Below are positions 1 through 10,262 of a DNA stretch of 64,000 nt, piece by piece. Both the position numbers and the translations under genes were made by a program. The stretch covers positions 310,001 to 374,000 of the forward strand of contig JALMLS010000064.1 of NCBI GenBank assembly GCA_038496445.1, in the 5' to 3' direction. This DNA is from Trichosphaerium sp. ATCC 40318. Taxonomy: Eukaryota; Protista; Tubulinea. Each line of letters starts with the position of its first letter. Position 1 is the first letter of the stretch. Under the pieces are notes generated by a model. The model had not been told where the DNA came from and did not search any database. It was given only the letters and a program-made list of their open reading frames with translations.

Positions 1-401
1 TGAAAGATGCTTTTACTGTACCATCTTCACAGGCTGCAGTTGTCCACGAAACCTACAAAGAACATGTTAACGAACATTACAAAACATGTGTAAAAAAGAT
101 TGAGTGCCGTTTTGAGCAAAAAACTTACCTCGCCTCCTGGACCTAGTTCACTCGGATATTTTGTTTTATCTGCTCTAGGTATTTTAAATATACCACCAAA
201 AGCTTCAAGTGTATCACCTAGAACTTCTCTCATTCCTTGATAGTATTTTAGTTAACGTTAAATACACGTTTTGTTACGTTAGAACTGTCAAGTACCTCCA
301 GGGAACGGGCCAATAATATCAAACGTTGTTGGGAGCGATATAACAGAACCAGCACATTTTACAACCAAAAGTGCCAGCAAACACAAAAGTACACACTTCA
401 T
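1..401 (-). CDS. 5' part of a secreted protein gene (runs off window start); possibly an alpha/beta-hydrolase or peptidase-like family
   Basis: ATG at 401 gives the signal-peptide-like MKCVLLCLLALLVVKCAG, then SVISLPTTFDIIGPFPG / MREVLGDTLEAFGG / VSWTTAACEDG across two GT-AG introns. The family call is from recalled motif similarity only. Confidence 0.6.
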
Positions 402-638
402 TGACGTGTTTTTTGCTGTTTTTTTTTTTTTTTTTATGAAAGTGGGTATTTGACGAGTCAAAGTTCCTCAGAGTCCTTAATTGGATCGCACGTAAGTCAC
501 GGCGGCGGTAGCCGCCGTGTACCTTTCCCAAGGCGTGCAGAGCACGCCTCTTACATGGGGTTAGGTAGTCTGAGTCAACCCACTGTTTGTCCTTTCAGGT
601 AGGTCTAGACCTTCCCCAGAACGGTTTAAGTATTAGAT

Positions 639-2087
639 TTATGTGATAGGTGGTTCTGTAAACCTCCTATATATTTCATCCATTTCAGGGCATTCTACAT
701 ACTCACTCGTAAAATATTTCCACCAGTCTTCATGTTTAGTACACCTAGACTTGTATATCTCGTGTAAATTTCCCACCAATATTGTTTGCACTTCTCGTAG
801 AGTACGATATACCATTTTGTCTTTGAAACCTTGTTTTACCATATCTTCCCGAAGACCTTTAGGTATATATGCCTTAGCTCCAAGCTCTCTGACCACTTTT
901 GTGGGCGCATATTTCACTCTATAGTTAACAAGGTCATTGGCAGATGGCCAAAACCTTTTATAAACTACACCTGGCAAGTTATCATCTATGACTTTTTTAA
1001 TACGTTTTGCACTACGAATTCTAATGTGTTCATGTTCCACACAGTCTGCTAGTATGTGCATAGTAGTCTCTTCCGCTGGACAGAAAATACAAGTGCTATC
1101 AGAGTACTTTCTAGAATCAACCCCTTTCCACCCTTTGACAACACGGTCATGCATCATGCTTCTACTACACAATTTATTGTTTCTAGCTTTAAACAGCACC
1201 ATGTTGCTTTTAGACATAGAATAGTCTTCCTTACCACCATTAATGACAGAAAGCTCCATATCTGCCATATGCATTATAGGACGACGATTAACCAACTCTG
1301 TTGTAGCATTTTCTTTGTGTTTATTATCTATGTACTTACGTATATTACCCTCAACAAGCTTCATATCTTTATCATATATGGAGAAGTCCAACGGACCTGT
1401 AATAGGCTTCCCTTCAGGTACCATTTCATTACGACCCATATTAGCCAGTAAATCTGCTTTCTCATTACCTTCTAGCACCCATTCTAAATCCTCTCCAAAC
1501 ACTTCCTGTAACTTGTCCATTTCATTCTTCAAAGCTTCTAGTTTTTTAGGTCGTTTCTTATATGCTCTGAGTTTATTGTCGTAGTGACTAGGAACTTTAT
1601 GCCATGACACATCACCACCACTGTTGGCCCTAAGCAACATAACCTCTCTAAGTTCTTTAATAATAGCCGCATTGGGCGAGAAGGGACACACTTTATCAGC
1701 TGTAGCGACTTTAATGACATATGTAGAATCTGTAATTAGTCTGAGTTTATATTGCATGGGAACCACTTTAAGCGCTATAACCGCCGCTTCCAGTTCCGCT
1801 GCGTCAATGTCTTGTTTAGTTGTAGCTCGACACGCAACATTACTCCTATTTTCAAATCCGAAGTAAACACCTACTCCAGTGGAATTACCAGCAGCCATAC
1901 GTATTCTAGAACCGTCAGTCCATACACACACTGCATCTTCATGCCATGTCCACTCTTCCGCTTCAGATGATCTGTATACACAGGCATCTTCCCTGACAAT
2001 GGCTTGTCTAGTAAGTTCTTTACGAATGGCTTTATTGTCACCTTCCGTGACTATTTCAGCAATAGCGTTGTATGTACAAATACTCAC
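639..2087 (-). CDS. RNase H domain plus C-terminal CCHC finger of the retroelement ORF2 (frameshifted from RT)
   Basis: VWTDGS...GVGVYFG...AELEAA...ITDS...WHKVPSH...GNEKADLLA (RNase H1 acidic residues present); CIFC...ETTMHILADC zinc finger. Confidence 0.88.
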   Translation of the reverse strand: MSICTYNAIAEIVTEGDNKAIRKELTRQAIVREDACVYRSSEAEEWTWHEDAVCVWTDGSRIRMAAGNSTGVGVYFGFENRSNVACRATTKQDIDAAELEAAVIALKVVPMQYKLRLITDSTYVIKVATADKVCPFSPNAAIIKELREVMLLRANSGGDVSWHKVPSHYDNKLRAYKKRPKKLEALKNEMDKLQEVFGEDLEWVLEGNEKADLLANMGRNEMVPEGKPITGPLDFSIYDKDMKLVEGNIRKYIDNKHKENATTELVNRRPIMHMADMELSVINGGKEDYSMSKSNMVLFKARNNKLCSRSMMHDRVVKGWKGVDSRKYSDSTCIFCPAEETTMHILADCVEHEHIRIRSAKRIKKVIDDNLPGVVYKRFWPSANDLVNYRVKYAPTKVVRELGAKAYIPKGLREDMVKQGFKDKMVYRTLREVQTILVGNLHEIYKSRCTKHEDWWKYFTSEYVECPEMDEIYRRFTEPPIT

Positions 2088-4340
2088 GTCTTTACCAAAC
2101 CTCTGGCACAGTACTTCTCATCAACTAGCCTACCATTACGTATGACAGAGACTCTACGCATATCCTGTTCTACCCCGAACATCTCCAACACCTCCCATTG
2201 TTGTTCTGTAAGGTTAGCCTCTATTTTATCTGATTCCACCGTATTCGCTATACAACTCATATTCATTCTTAACAACACTTTTTTATACATGGTGAGTCTA
2301 TCATCTGTAACTATAATTTTTGGATAGCTCCCATCCCTTTGATACGCAACTTCTTTAAGACCAGTCCGACCAATTTCAGGCAAGTAAACGTTGTCCTTTA
2401 ACCTTTGCATTGTAGTAACTTTAGCTAACGACCCTGTTGTAGCATTTAAGGCAAACTTGTAGGTGGTAGCCACTAATGCAACGTAATTAGCTAGCACAGG
2501 AGGCATAACTTCTTTACCATCCATATTGCGACATGCCCATAATTGACATTGTTTAGACCTACTAGTCATAGGCACAGAGTGAAACAGCATCGCCGCTACC
2601 TCATTTTTCATATTGAGAAGTATATCATCTGGAAACATATAAAAGTTCATATGATACTTAAGTGCTTCGTTTAAAACCCTATTGACGATAGCAACTTTAC
2701 AGTCAAACGGCACCGCTCTTGAACTAATAAGGTTAAGCCTTTTAATAAATAACGCTTTAGTAGCATTAATGTCACTTTTCCAGTTAAGCTCCAAATTGAT
2801 AAGAATGCCTAAATATTTGTACGATTTATTTTTTTCTACTGACGGGAATTTAATTACACTATCTCCTCGTTTAACAACTAGGTCTTCTACACTATCTTTA
2901 CCCATATATTTGGTTTTGCCTTTGTTAACTTTCCAACCATTGTAATCACAGAAGTCTAGAAAGTATCCCATAGCAGTAGACACTTGGTTTCTAGACTTAC
3001 CAATAAGTACTATGTCATCACAATATGCCAGCACTGATATAGAAATGGAGTTATTATTATCGAACTTGTATCCTGACACTTTGTTTGCAATATATTTAAT
3101 GATAGGATTGAGACAAAGAATAAACAACAACGGAGATAATATATCGCCTTGTTTAACACCATTAGTGACCATAAAAGGTTCTGACAGACCTTCAGCAGTG
3201 AGTATTCTGGCTGAGCATCCTTCATACAGCGCTTTAACCGCTGTTATCATTTCACGAGTGAAATTATAATACTTAAGTGTTTCAATAAGCGCCCAGTGCT
3301 CTACCGAATCAAAAGCTTTACTAATGTCAATGAAGAGTGCAGATAAGTCTTGTCCACTTTGACGACTATCTTCAATTATATTTGTCAGGGTAGTAACGTG
3401 TCCAACTGTGGACCTTTTCGGCCGAAACCCATTTTGTTCATTGGCCATAATACTGTTGCCCTCAGTGAACTTGAGGATACGATTATATAGCATACGAGTA
3501 TATATTTTATACTGTACTGCTAATAACGCTATCGGCCTATAATTAGTGGCAACTGTAGGAGTAGAACCAGCTTTGTGTATAAGGTATAAGTACGATTCTT
3601 TCCAGACTGAAGGAACGTATCCTTTGGTATAACATCCATTACATAACTTTAAGAATATTTCAAGATATTCCGTAGACATATTTTTGAACACTTCTGCTGG
3701 AATTCTATCGGAACCAGATTGTTTCCAACTTTTAGTTTGTGATACAGCGCTAGATAACTCACTCATGCTAAATTGTCCTTGTTTCATATTGACTTTAGAT
3801 GTATCTATTTTAGTCCGCAGCCAGTACGGATCTCTTGTTGGGGCAGTACAAGGTTTATTCAATATATTTTTCCATGCTGTAACAAATAAATTCATCTTGA
3901 TAACACTGTTAGAAGTCATTACACCTGTTTCTGGATCTCTAAGAGCACTAGTAATGACTGTGGCCTTACGTTGTAATAGATTATCGAAAAACACTTTAGG
4001 TTTATCATGAAATTTATTGATTAGCCTATCAACACATTCTTTTATCTTGTCTTTTTTGATTGTAGCTGCTCTAGCTGCTTGTCTGGTTCTAACGAACTTA
4101 AGAACAGCTTTAGTATATAAGATCATATATATGCTATTACCTTCTCTAGCTTCTTTCTCGAACAATTTCTCGTCATCCATAACTAACCCAGCACATTTAT
4201 TACGTATCTTCTTGGCTGAGGAAAAGTACTCTCTGACCTCTTCTTCTTTAAGAGTAATCGGATCTTTGATATTATTGAGTATCTTAAATATATTTCTTTT
4301 CCTTCTACGCCATTCACTAAGTACAGAGTCATTAAAGATA
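2084..4340 (-). CDS. Non-LTR reverse transcriptase (N-terminally truncated)
   Basis: Motifs NYRPIALL, QNGFRPKRST, FIDISKAFDSV, GVKQGDILSPLLF, LAYCDD, YKYLG. The frame stays open upstream of Met 4180 to about 4340. Confidence 0.92.
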
Positions 4341-4411
4341 TTTTACACTACCTTGCCACAAGAGAATAGCCCATCCGTATGGTCCTTGTAAAAAACTTTG
4401 CTCCCAATAGT

Positions 4412-4776
4412 TGAAAGATGCTTTTACTGTACCATCTTCACAGGCTGCAGTTGTCCACGAAACCTACAAAGAACATGTTAACGAACATTACAAAACATGT
4501 GTAAAAAAGATTGAGTGACGTTTTGAGCAAAAAACTTACCTCGCCTCCTGGACCTAGTTCACTCGGATATTTTGTTTTATCTGCTCTAGGTATTTTAAAT
4601 ATACCACCAAAAGCTTCAAGTGTATCACCTAGAACTTCTCTCATTCCTTGATAGTATTTTAGTTAACGTTAAATACACGTTTTGTTACGTTAGAACTGTC
4701 AAGTACCTCCAGGGAACGGGCCAATAATATCAAACGCTGTTGGGAGCGATATAACAGAACCAGCACATTTTACAAC
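4412..4776. repeat. Direct repeat of window positions 1-365 (host-gene fragment including introns)
   Basis: Offset of 4411 nt. I see only two substitutions (gtgccg/gtgacg and aacgtt/aacgct). The host-gene frame appears to continue to about 4350 (YWEQSFLQGPYGWAILLA). Confidence 0.95.
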
Positions 4777-4907
4777 GAAACTACTATACACTGCTTTCCC
4801 TTCTCCATACTCCATCTGTTGATAACCTGACACTAAATCGTAGGGCTTAATAACAAACAATAAGCCAACACAAGCCAACAAAAGTCAACAATCAATATTG
4901 TACATCA

Positions 4908-5907
4908 ATGTCGCGTGCACTCATATATGGAGGTTCTGGCCAACTTGGTCGCACTGTTGTAACTGCTTTTAAGAAAGGTGGTTGGAATGTCACGTCAGTC
5001 GACTTTGTCGAGTCCAAGGACGCTGATACTAGTATCATTCTCAAAGGCGACGCGAAATCTGATACCGCAAGCGTCTGTTCAAAATTAACGTCAATGGGCA
5101 ATAGTACGTGAAATCCACCAGTTATACGCTTACTTAAGACTAGAGCTCGACGTTGTGTGCAGCGTAGCTGGTGGGTTCGATATGGGCGCAATTGACGATA
5201 TTAACGTTTTTGACAGCTTAGACAAGATGTGGCGGTAGGTTACGCGTTGTTTTTCACTAGTATTAAGTTTTTGTAGCTTCAACGTCCAATCAACCGTTGC
5301 TGCTGGTCATGTATCATCAAAATTCTTGAAAGACGATGGATTGCTTGTTTTAACTGGTGCTGCAGCCGGCTGTGGACCAACAGGAGGTATGAACAAAAAA
5401 GTTTTTTTTAAGCGAAGAACTTGTCGTTTACCATTACTGTTTTAGCATTCATTGGGTATGGCGCCTCAAAGGCTGCTGTTCATCAAATTGTAGCATCACT
5501 CAGTAGCGCAGATGGAAAGCTTCCAAAAGGATCAACTGTCACAGGCACGTTTCGTGGACGACTTGATTCTTTTTAGCGCCTCGCCATACGCTTCGTCCCT
5601 AATCTGACTGGTAGCTATTTTACCTGTTATGCTTGATACTCCAAGTAACAGAAGTGCTATGCCTGACGCTGATTACTCAACATGGACTCCACTATCGGCA
5701 CTTGCGGAGGTAATTGTGTTAACTTTTTTTTTTTTTCACCTAAAATAAGACAAAGAAAAGTTGTAAGTTCATCAAAATTCTGTGGTTTAACATTATTTTC
5801 TTCTTTAGCAAATCGTATCTTGGTCAACAGGAGAACGTCCTGGAACTGGAGATTTGATGAAAGTCACCACTACAGGAGGAAAAACATCATGGACAAAAGA
5901 ACAATAA
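4908..5907 (+). CDS. QDPR: Dihydropteridine reductase
   Basis: Spliced translation: [61 protein letters not shown]. Five introns, one of them GC-AG. Confidence 0.93.
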
Positions 5908-6192
5908 GGCATTTTTATGAAAATGTTGTAATTCGAATAAAAGCTGAGAATTATGACGTAATCTCTGTTTTATATTTACGGTAAAGTTTCCGTGTTTTAT
6001 TTTTTGAGGTCAGGCGCAACCAAGAGAATGTACAGAGATGCGTTCGCTTTGGAATACATAAACTGAGATCAGTACACACCAAATGAAAGACGACTTAGAA
6101 GAAAACTATTTACCGAAAACGTTTGATTTTCGAGGGTGAAGTAGGGGTATCAATAGGCTTTATCTCCGGAGTCAAAACAGAAAAAAAAAAAA

Positions 6193-6308
6193 GATGAGTA
6201 TCGAATTGGGAATGCAATCCATTCATGGCCTCCAGTCTTCGGAGGCCGGCGAATAAGGGACAAATATTTCGTCGATGTGTCCCAAGTGACTACACCCCGT
6301 GGCTCATC
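6193..6308 (-). ncRNA. Candidate ~116-nt structured Pol III-type RNA
   Basis: Terminal stem GATGAG/CTCATC, three internal hairpins, followed directly by a 12-T run on the minus strand. GC-rich island in AT-rich intergenic DNA. Confidence 0.45.
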
Positions 6309-6619
6309 GGTGAAAAAAGGAAAACAAAGTGCTTAAAAGTAGGTGCGAACGCAAAAAACAAAAACTGTGGTTAAAAAAACACTAGTTTTCTACTTTTATG
6401 AAAAAAACTGGATACGTTGTTTGTGTCAGTAAAACGTGCTTTCAGAGCAATGTAATTAAAAGTGTAACAAAGTAAAACGATACTACGTTTTTTTCTAATT
6501 ACTTGTGGATGTAGATAATCACCACGGCTTTTTACGTGAATTGACCTTCATTTTTCACTAATAAAAAAGAAGGGGATATTGTATTCTCACATTAGGCTCT
6601 ACTAAAAAAGAAATACATG

Positions 6620-6730
6620 TCAAGTACCGAGACAGCTTAATTATATAGTGCTTAATGCATTGTGCGACTGCTTGATAGCAACGTGGATACGAGAGAATGG
6701 CACTCTCATGTTTTACGTATCCACACATCT
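6620..6730 (+). ncRNA. Candidate H/ACA-like snoRNA
   Basis: Hairpin (TCAAGTA...TGCTTGA), ANANNA box ATAGCA at 6675-6680, hairpin (GTGGATACG...CGTATCCAC), ACA at 6725-6727. Confidence 0.35.
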
Positions 6731-6947
6731 GTCGTGGAACAAGTAGCAGATTTCACTGCGTTGCTTTTAATGTTAGAAAATAGTTGGAAAAGTTGAGCCA
6801 ACATTTTATGAGTCTATAATAACACTGCAGGCACAAGAGAGTTGTTTTTGAATACTTTAGCGTTCGTACCAGTAGCTACTTGCTTCTAACTTCCAGATAA
6901 AAGTGTGTGCCAGAAATTGAAAATAATGAAATTTCTGTCATGTAGAA

Positions 6948-8303
6948 ATGCGTGTAAAATCAATTATTGATAAAATGAGTATATCGTGGGAGCAGTTAGC
7001 TGATTTGGAGGAAGAAGAGGTAAACTATGACTCTGTAAAGGAGTCAAAGGTTGTACCATCAAAGAATGGGCCAGAGGATCTGTGGAAAGATCTTGTAGAC
7101 ATTGATTCGCCGCAATTCGACAAGATAAAGTACGTTTTGCCTCTAGTCTATCAAATCATTTATTGTATGTCTAGGACGTTCTTTAGATGCGTCAGGAACT
7201 TGAAGGAAGTATATATAGTCGATTTAGATTCCTATAAACGTGTAATTGGTCCAAAAACGGCAGAATTCCTCTATGGAAGTCTACCATCGCCTGGGTCATG
7301 TGTGGTAGTGACTAAATCGACGTATATTAAGCCAGTGTGTAAAAAATGCGGGTAATTGCTTAAACGCCTTTCAATGCTGAATTAACGATATTTTAGGCGT
7401 TTGTACACTAAAAAAATGATTTCTTCAAATCAACGGTTTTTTACCCTTAAAACCAACGCCCGACATGCACCTGCGGAGTATTGGGCTTTAGTGTCACATT
7501 TAACGACTCAACCAGATGTCCAAATACACATTGTGACGTTAGACACGGACGTACGAACCGACAATCCGAGAAAAAAAACTTTAACATCGATTTTTTTTTG
7601 ATGCCCTTTCTCACTTTTTTTTTAGCTGGGGTTGAAGATTAAGATGTCTCTTCAAGCTAAGGTCAGAAAGTCAAGGTTTATTAATCTTCAAGATGATAAA
7701 CCTTTGGCAAAATCTCAAGAGCGATCAGCACTTAAGGATTTACAAGCACGTGAACAATCACGACGTTTTTCGGAAGGCGAACAGTGTGATATTGAAGATC
7801 ATACATTTGACGTTGTGTTTAAAAGAGTTTGTTCATGGTTACATCAAAGAAGGGCTTCAAATAGCCTTCCAAAGACTGAAAAGAGTTTCTGTAATGCCAT
7901 AAAATCACAGTGCTCTATAAGGAAGATGAATAATGGAGAAGAACGTGTGTCTAGTTTAAGATCTTTTGGTATTTTCACACAGTGCCCTCAATGTGATAAA
8001 ATTGTTTATAAACTTGATGACAATACGATAGATAAAGCTAGGAATAATGACGCCTTATGTGACGATATTGATTGGTTACTGAAGCTAAATAATCCTCCTG
8101 ATAGTGTTGAAGCACTTGTGACTCAGTTGAATAGTCACAAGAGGTCCTATAGTATCGATCCTAGACTCATCTTAGAAAAACTAATGTCTTCTGAATGTAT
8201 CCAAGCCAACAAAGAGAAAACCGGCTCTCAATACTCTTATAGCCTTCATGACAAGAAGACTATATGTTACAACTGGGATGGCAATCTATGGAAGGATTTT
8301 TGA
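6948..8303 (+). CDS. PIN/NYN-like domain protein with C-terminal helical (winged-helix-like) repeats
   Basis: Three ORF-track pieces join through three GT-AG introns. Motifs VYIVDLDS...IHIVTLDTD, then LPKTEKSFCNAIKS and a second PPDSVEALVTQLNS...ILEKL unit. Confidence 0.5.
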
Positions 8304-8825
8304 GTAATAGTAGCACCTAATAAAACACATTTAACTCAAAGTTAGTTTAGTTGAAATAAATAGTCGAAGCACCAATAACCGCCAGAAATGTCAACGGATA
8401 ATTCTAACAAATCTCGAAGAACTAGTTCGTTACGCAACAGCAAGCAGTCTTGTAATAGTGTTCTTCCGGAATATAAACTACTTTCTGGAATTTAACAAGT
8501 ATCATTCATTGTTGGTCTTTGTCAGTTTTTGGTAAGTAGATTTTACTTTTTTACTCGCCTTTGCTTATTGGCGGTTTCATCAAAATATTTCAAGTTAGAA
8601 CACACTGTACGTTATCCACAAAACGACGTTTGGTAGCGAAAAACTTATCACGTGTTGATAACATCCAAGCAAAGATCCAGCCGCTAAGTGCGTAAAAAAA
8701 AGGTTAACATTGTCGTATTGAGGTGGAACGTTAAACGACAAAAAGCAATATGGATCCAACAAGCACCCCAGAAGAAAAAAAGAAGAATAAAACTGTTGAC
8801 TCTTTATGGCCATTTTTTGGTATTT

Positions 8826-10014
8826 ATGGTCCCAGCGACCTCTAAGCGACCAAACCCGCACGTTGGTAGTATTTCTATGTGTGAAGCTACTGAGTACGTA
8901 ATTCAGCTATCCAACCATTCGTATTGTAACAAATAGTTTAACTCGCCTTAGAAACACGTTATCACTGCTACAGCTTCCAAATGAAATATTAGCGCATATT
9001 TTACGCCAAATAGAAACACCTCGGTTTTCTGCAGCTCAAAGTTGTTCTACTTTATCAGCGCTCATTCACAACGTTGTCGGGTATACCAGTATTAGAATAT
9101 CAGACTTAGAAGCAGCAAAAGCAATAAGCACGTGTCCAGGGATACTCAAAAACACAAAAGTTTCACTTTCTAAGGTTGAAGGAATAGTAACAACAGATAG
9201 TATAGTAAAACAACTTGCAGGCATTAGTTACCTTCACGTGACTGACGGAAGCTCTTTGACAGACAGAGGTGTTAAAGCGTTGTCAGGAGTTCGCAGTATT
9301 AGTATTAATCGTACATTGGTAACTGATGAAGGGATAAAGGCGCTAGGAGGTGTGCATACGATCTGTCTGTTCAACACTGCAGTTACAGATGAAGGCATTA
9401 AAGCGCTTTCAGGAGTTCATACAATTAACCTTGGACTTACATCTGTTGCAGATGAAGGCTTAAAAGCGCTGAAAGGTGTTCATGACATTAACATTTCTGA
9501 ATGCAACTTAGTGACAGATAAAGGTATTAAAGAGCTTGCTGGGGTTCATACTATTAACCTTGATGGTACTTCTGTAACAGATAAAGGCATTAAAGCATTG
9601 GGTGGCGTTCACGTTATTTCTCTTAATTTCACTTCAGTTACTGATAAAGGGATCAAAGCGTTGAAAGGTGTTCATACCATTGAACTATGGCAAACCTATG
9701 TGACTGATGAAGGCATTAAATCGCTTGGTGGTGTTCATACGATAATGCTTTCTGGAACTTCAGTAACGGATGAAGGAATCAAAGCATTGAAAGGCGTTCA
9801 CACTGTTTATCTTGATCGTACTGCAGTCACTGATGACGGAGTAATAGCTTTGAAAGATGCTCATAGAATTAGCCTTAATAATACTTCTGTTACTGATGAC
9901 TGCATCAAAACACTTGCCAGAGTTCATACACTTTTCCTTTATGGTACTTCAGTGACACTTGAAGGAATGAAGGCATTCAAAGGTGTCAACATCCACAGTA
10001 GTGCTACTAAATAA
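8826..10014 (+). CDS. F-box-like + leucine-rich-repeat protein
   Basis: Short first exon, intron, then LLQLPNEILAHIL (F-box-like) and about 11 repeats of GVHTIxLxxTxVTDEGIKAL. Confidence 0.8.
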
Positions 10015-10262
10015 TGAGAATGAATTGAATCCTTGGTTTTGATTGTAGTTTGGGTTTGTAGCGGTTTGCATAATAAACAAAAGGACAAGTTCTATTTGTA
10101 CTGAAGATAACAATACGTTGTATGGTGGAGGTATTACTGAACAAGGTTTTTTTGTTCTTTTTAATTAAGTTTACATTACATTACATATCCATCATGATCA
10201 AAAAAAAAAAAAAAAGGATTGAGGTTGTTCTGCTCTCTTCTTATCGCTTTCTCTTTTCTAGT

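Larger units (their letters stand above)
419..4340 (-). mobile_element. 5'-truncated non-LTR retrotransposon (RT + RNase H + CCHC zinc finger) with poly(A) tail
   Basis: Intronless ORFs with non-LTR RT motifs and an RNase H domain, a ~200-nt 3' UTR, and a 17-T run at 419-435 (poly(A) on the element strand). No endonuclease or ORF1 seen. The 5' boundary is approximate. Confidence 0.9.

Noticed and set aside
455-535. Hammerhead ribozyme in the element 3' UTR (minus strand has GAAA-stem-UA...CUGAGGA)
   Set aside because: Stem III can form, but stems I and II do not pair at the core junctions.
643-4391. Plus-strand ORFs overlapping the retroelement, and similar short antisense ORFs across the window
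   Set aside because: These are shadow frames of genes on the opposite strand or intron read-through, with no recognisable motifs.
1-4776. Reading the 1-365 / 4412-4776 repeats as LTRs or Penelope pseudo-LTRs
   Set aside because: The repeat is spliced host-gene sequence without TG...CA ends, and the RT is non-LTR type with a poly(A) tail.
5980-6180. RNase P/MRP-like motifs (AGAGA...TGGAA flanked by ATGTA/TACAT)
   Set aside because: I could not find a complementary CR-I/CR-V (P4) pair.
6225-6262. HDV-like ribozyme suggested by GGCGAATAAGGGAC
   Set aside because: The nested double pseudoknot could not be built; simple hairpins explain the sequence.
9238-10014. CRISPR-like periodic nucleotide repeats here and in the other LRR/MORN genes
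   Set aside because: The periodicity is in-frame protein repeat coding with synonymous variation, and no cas genes are present.
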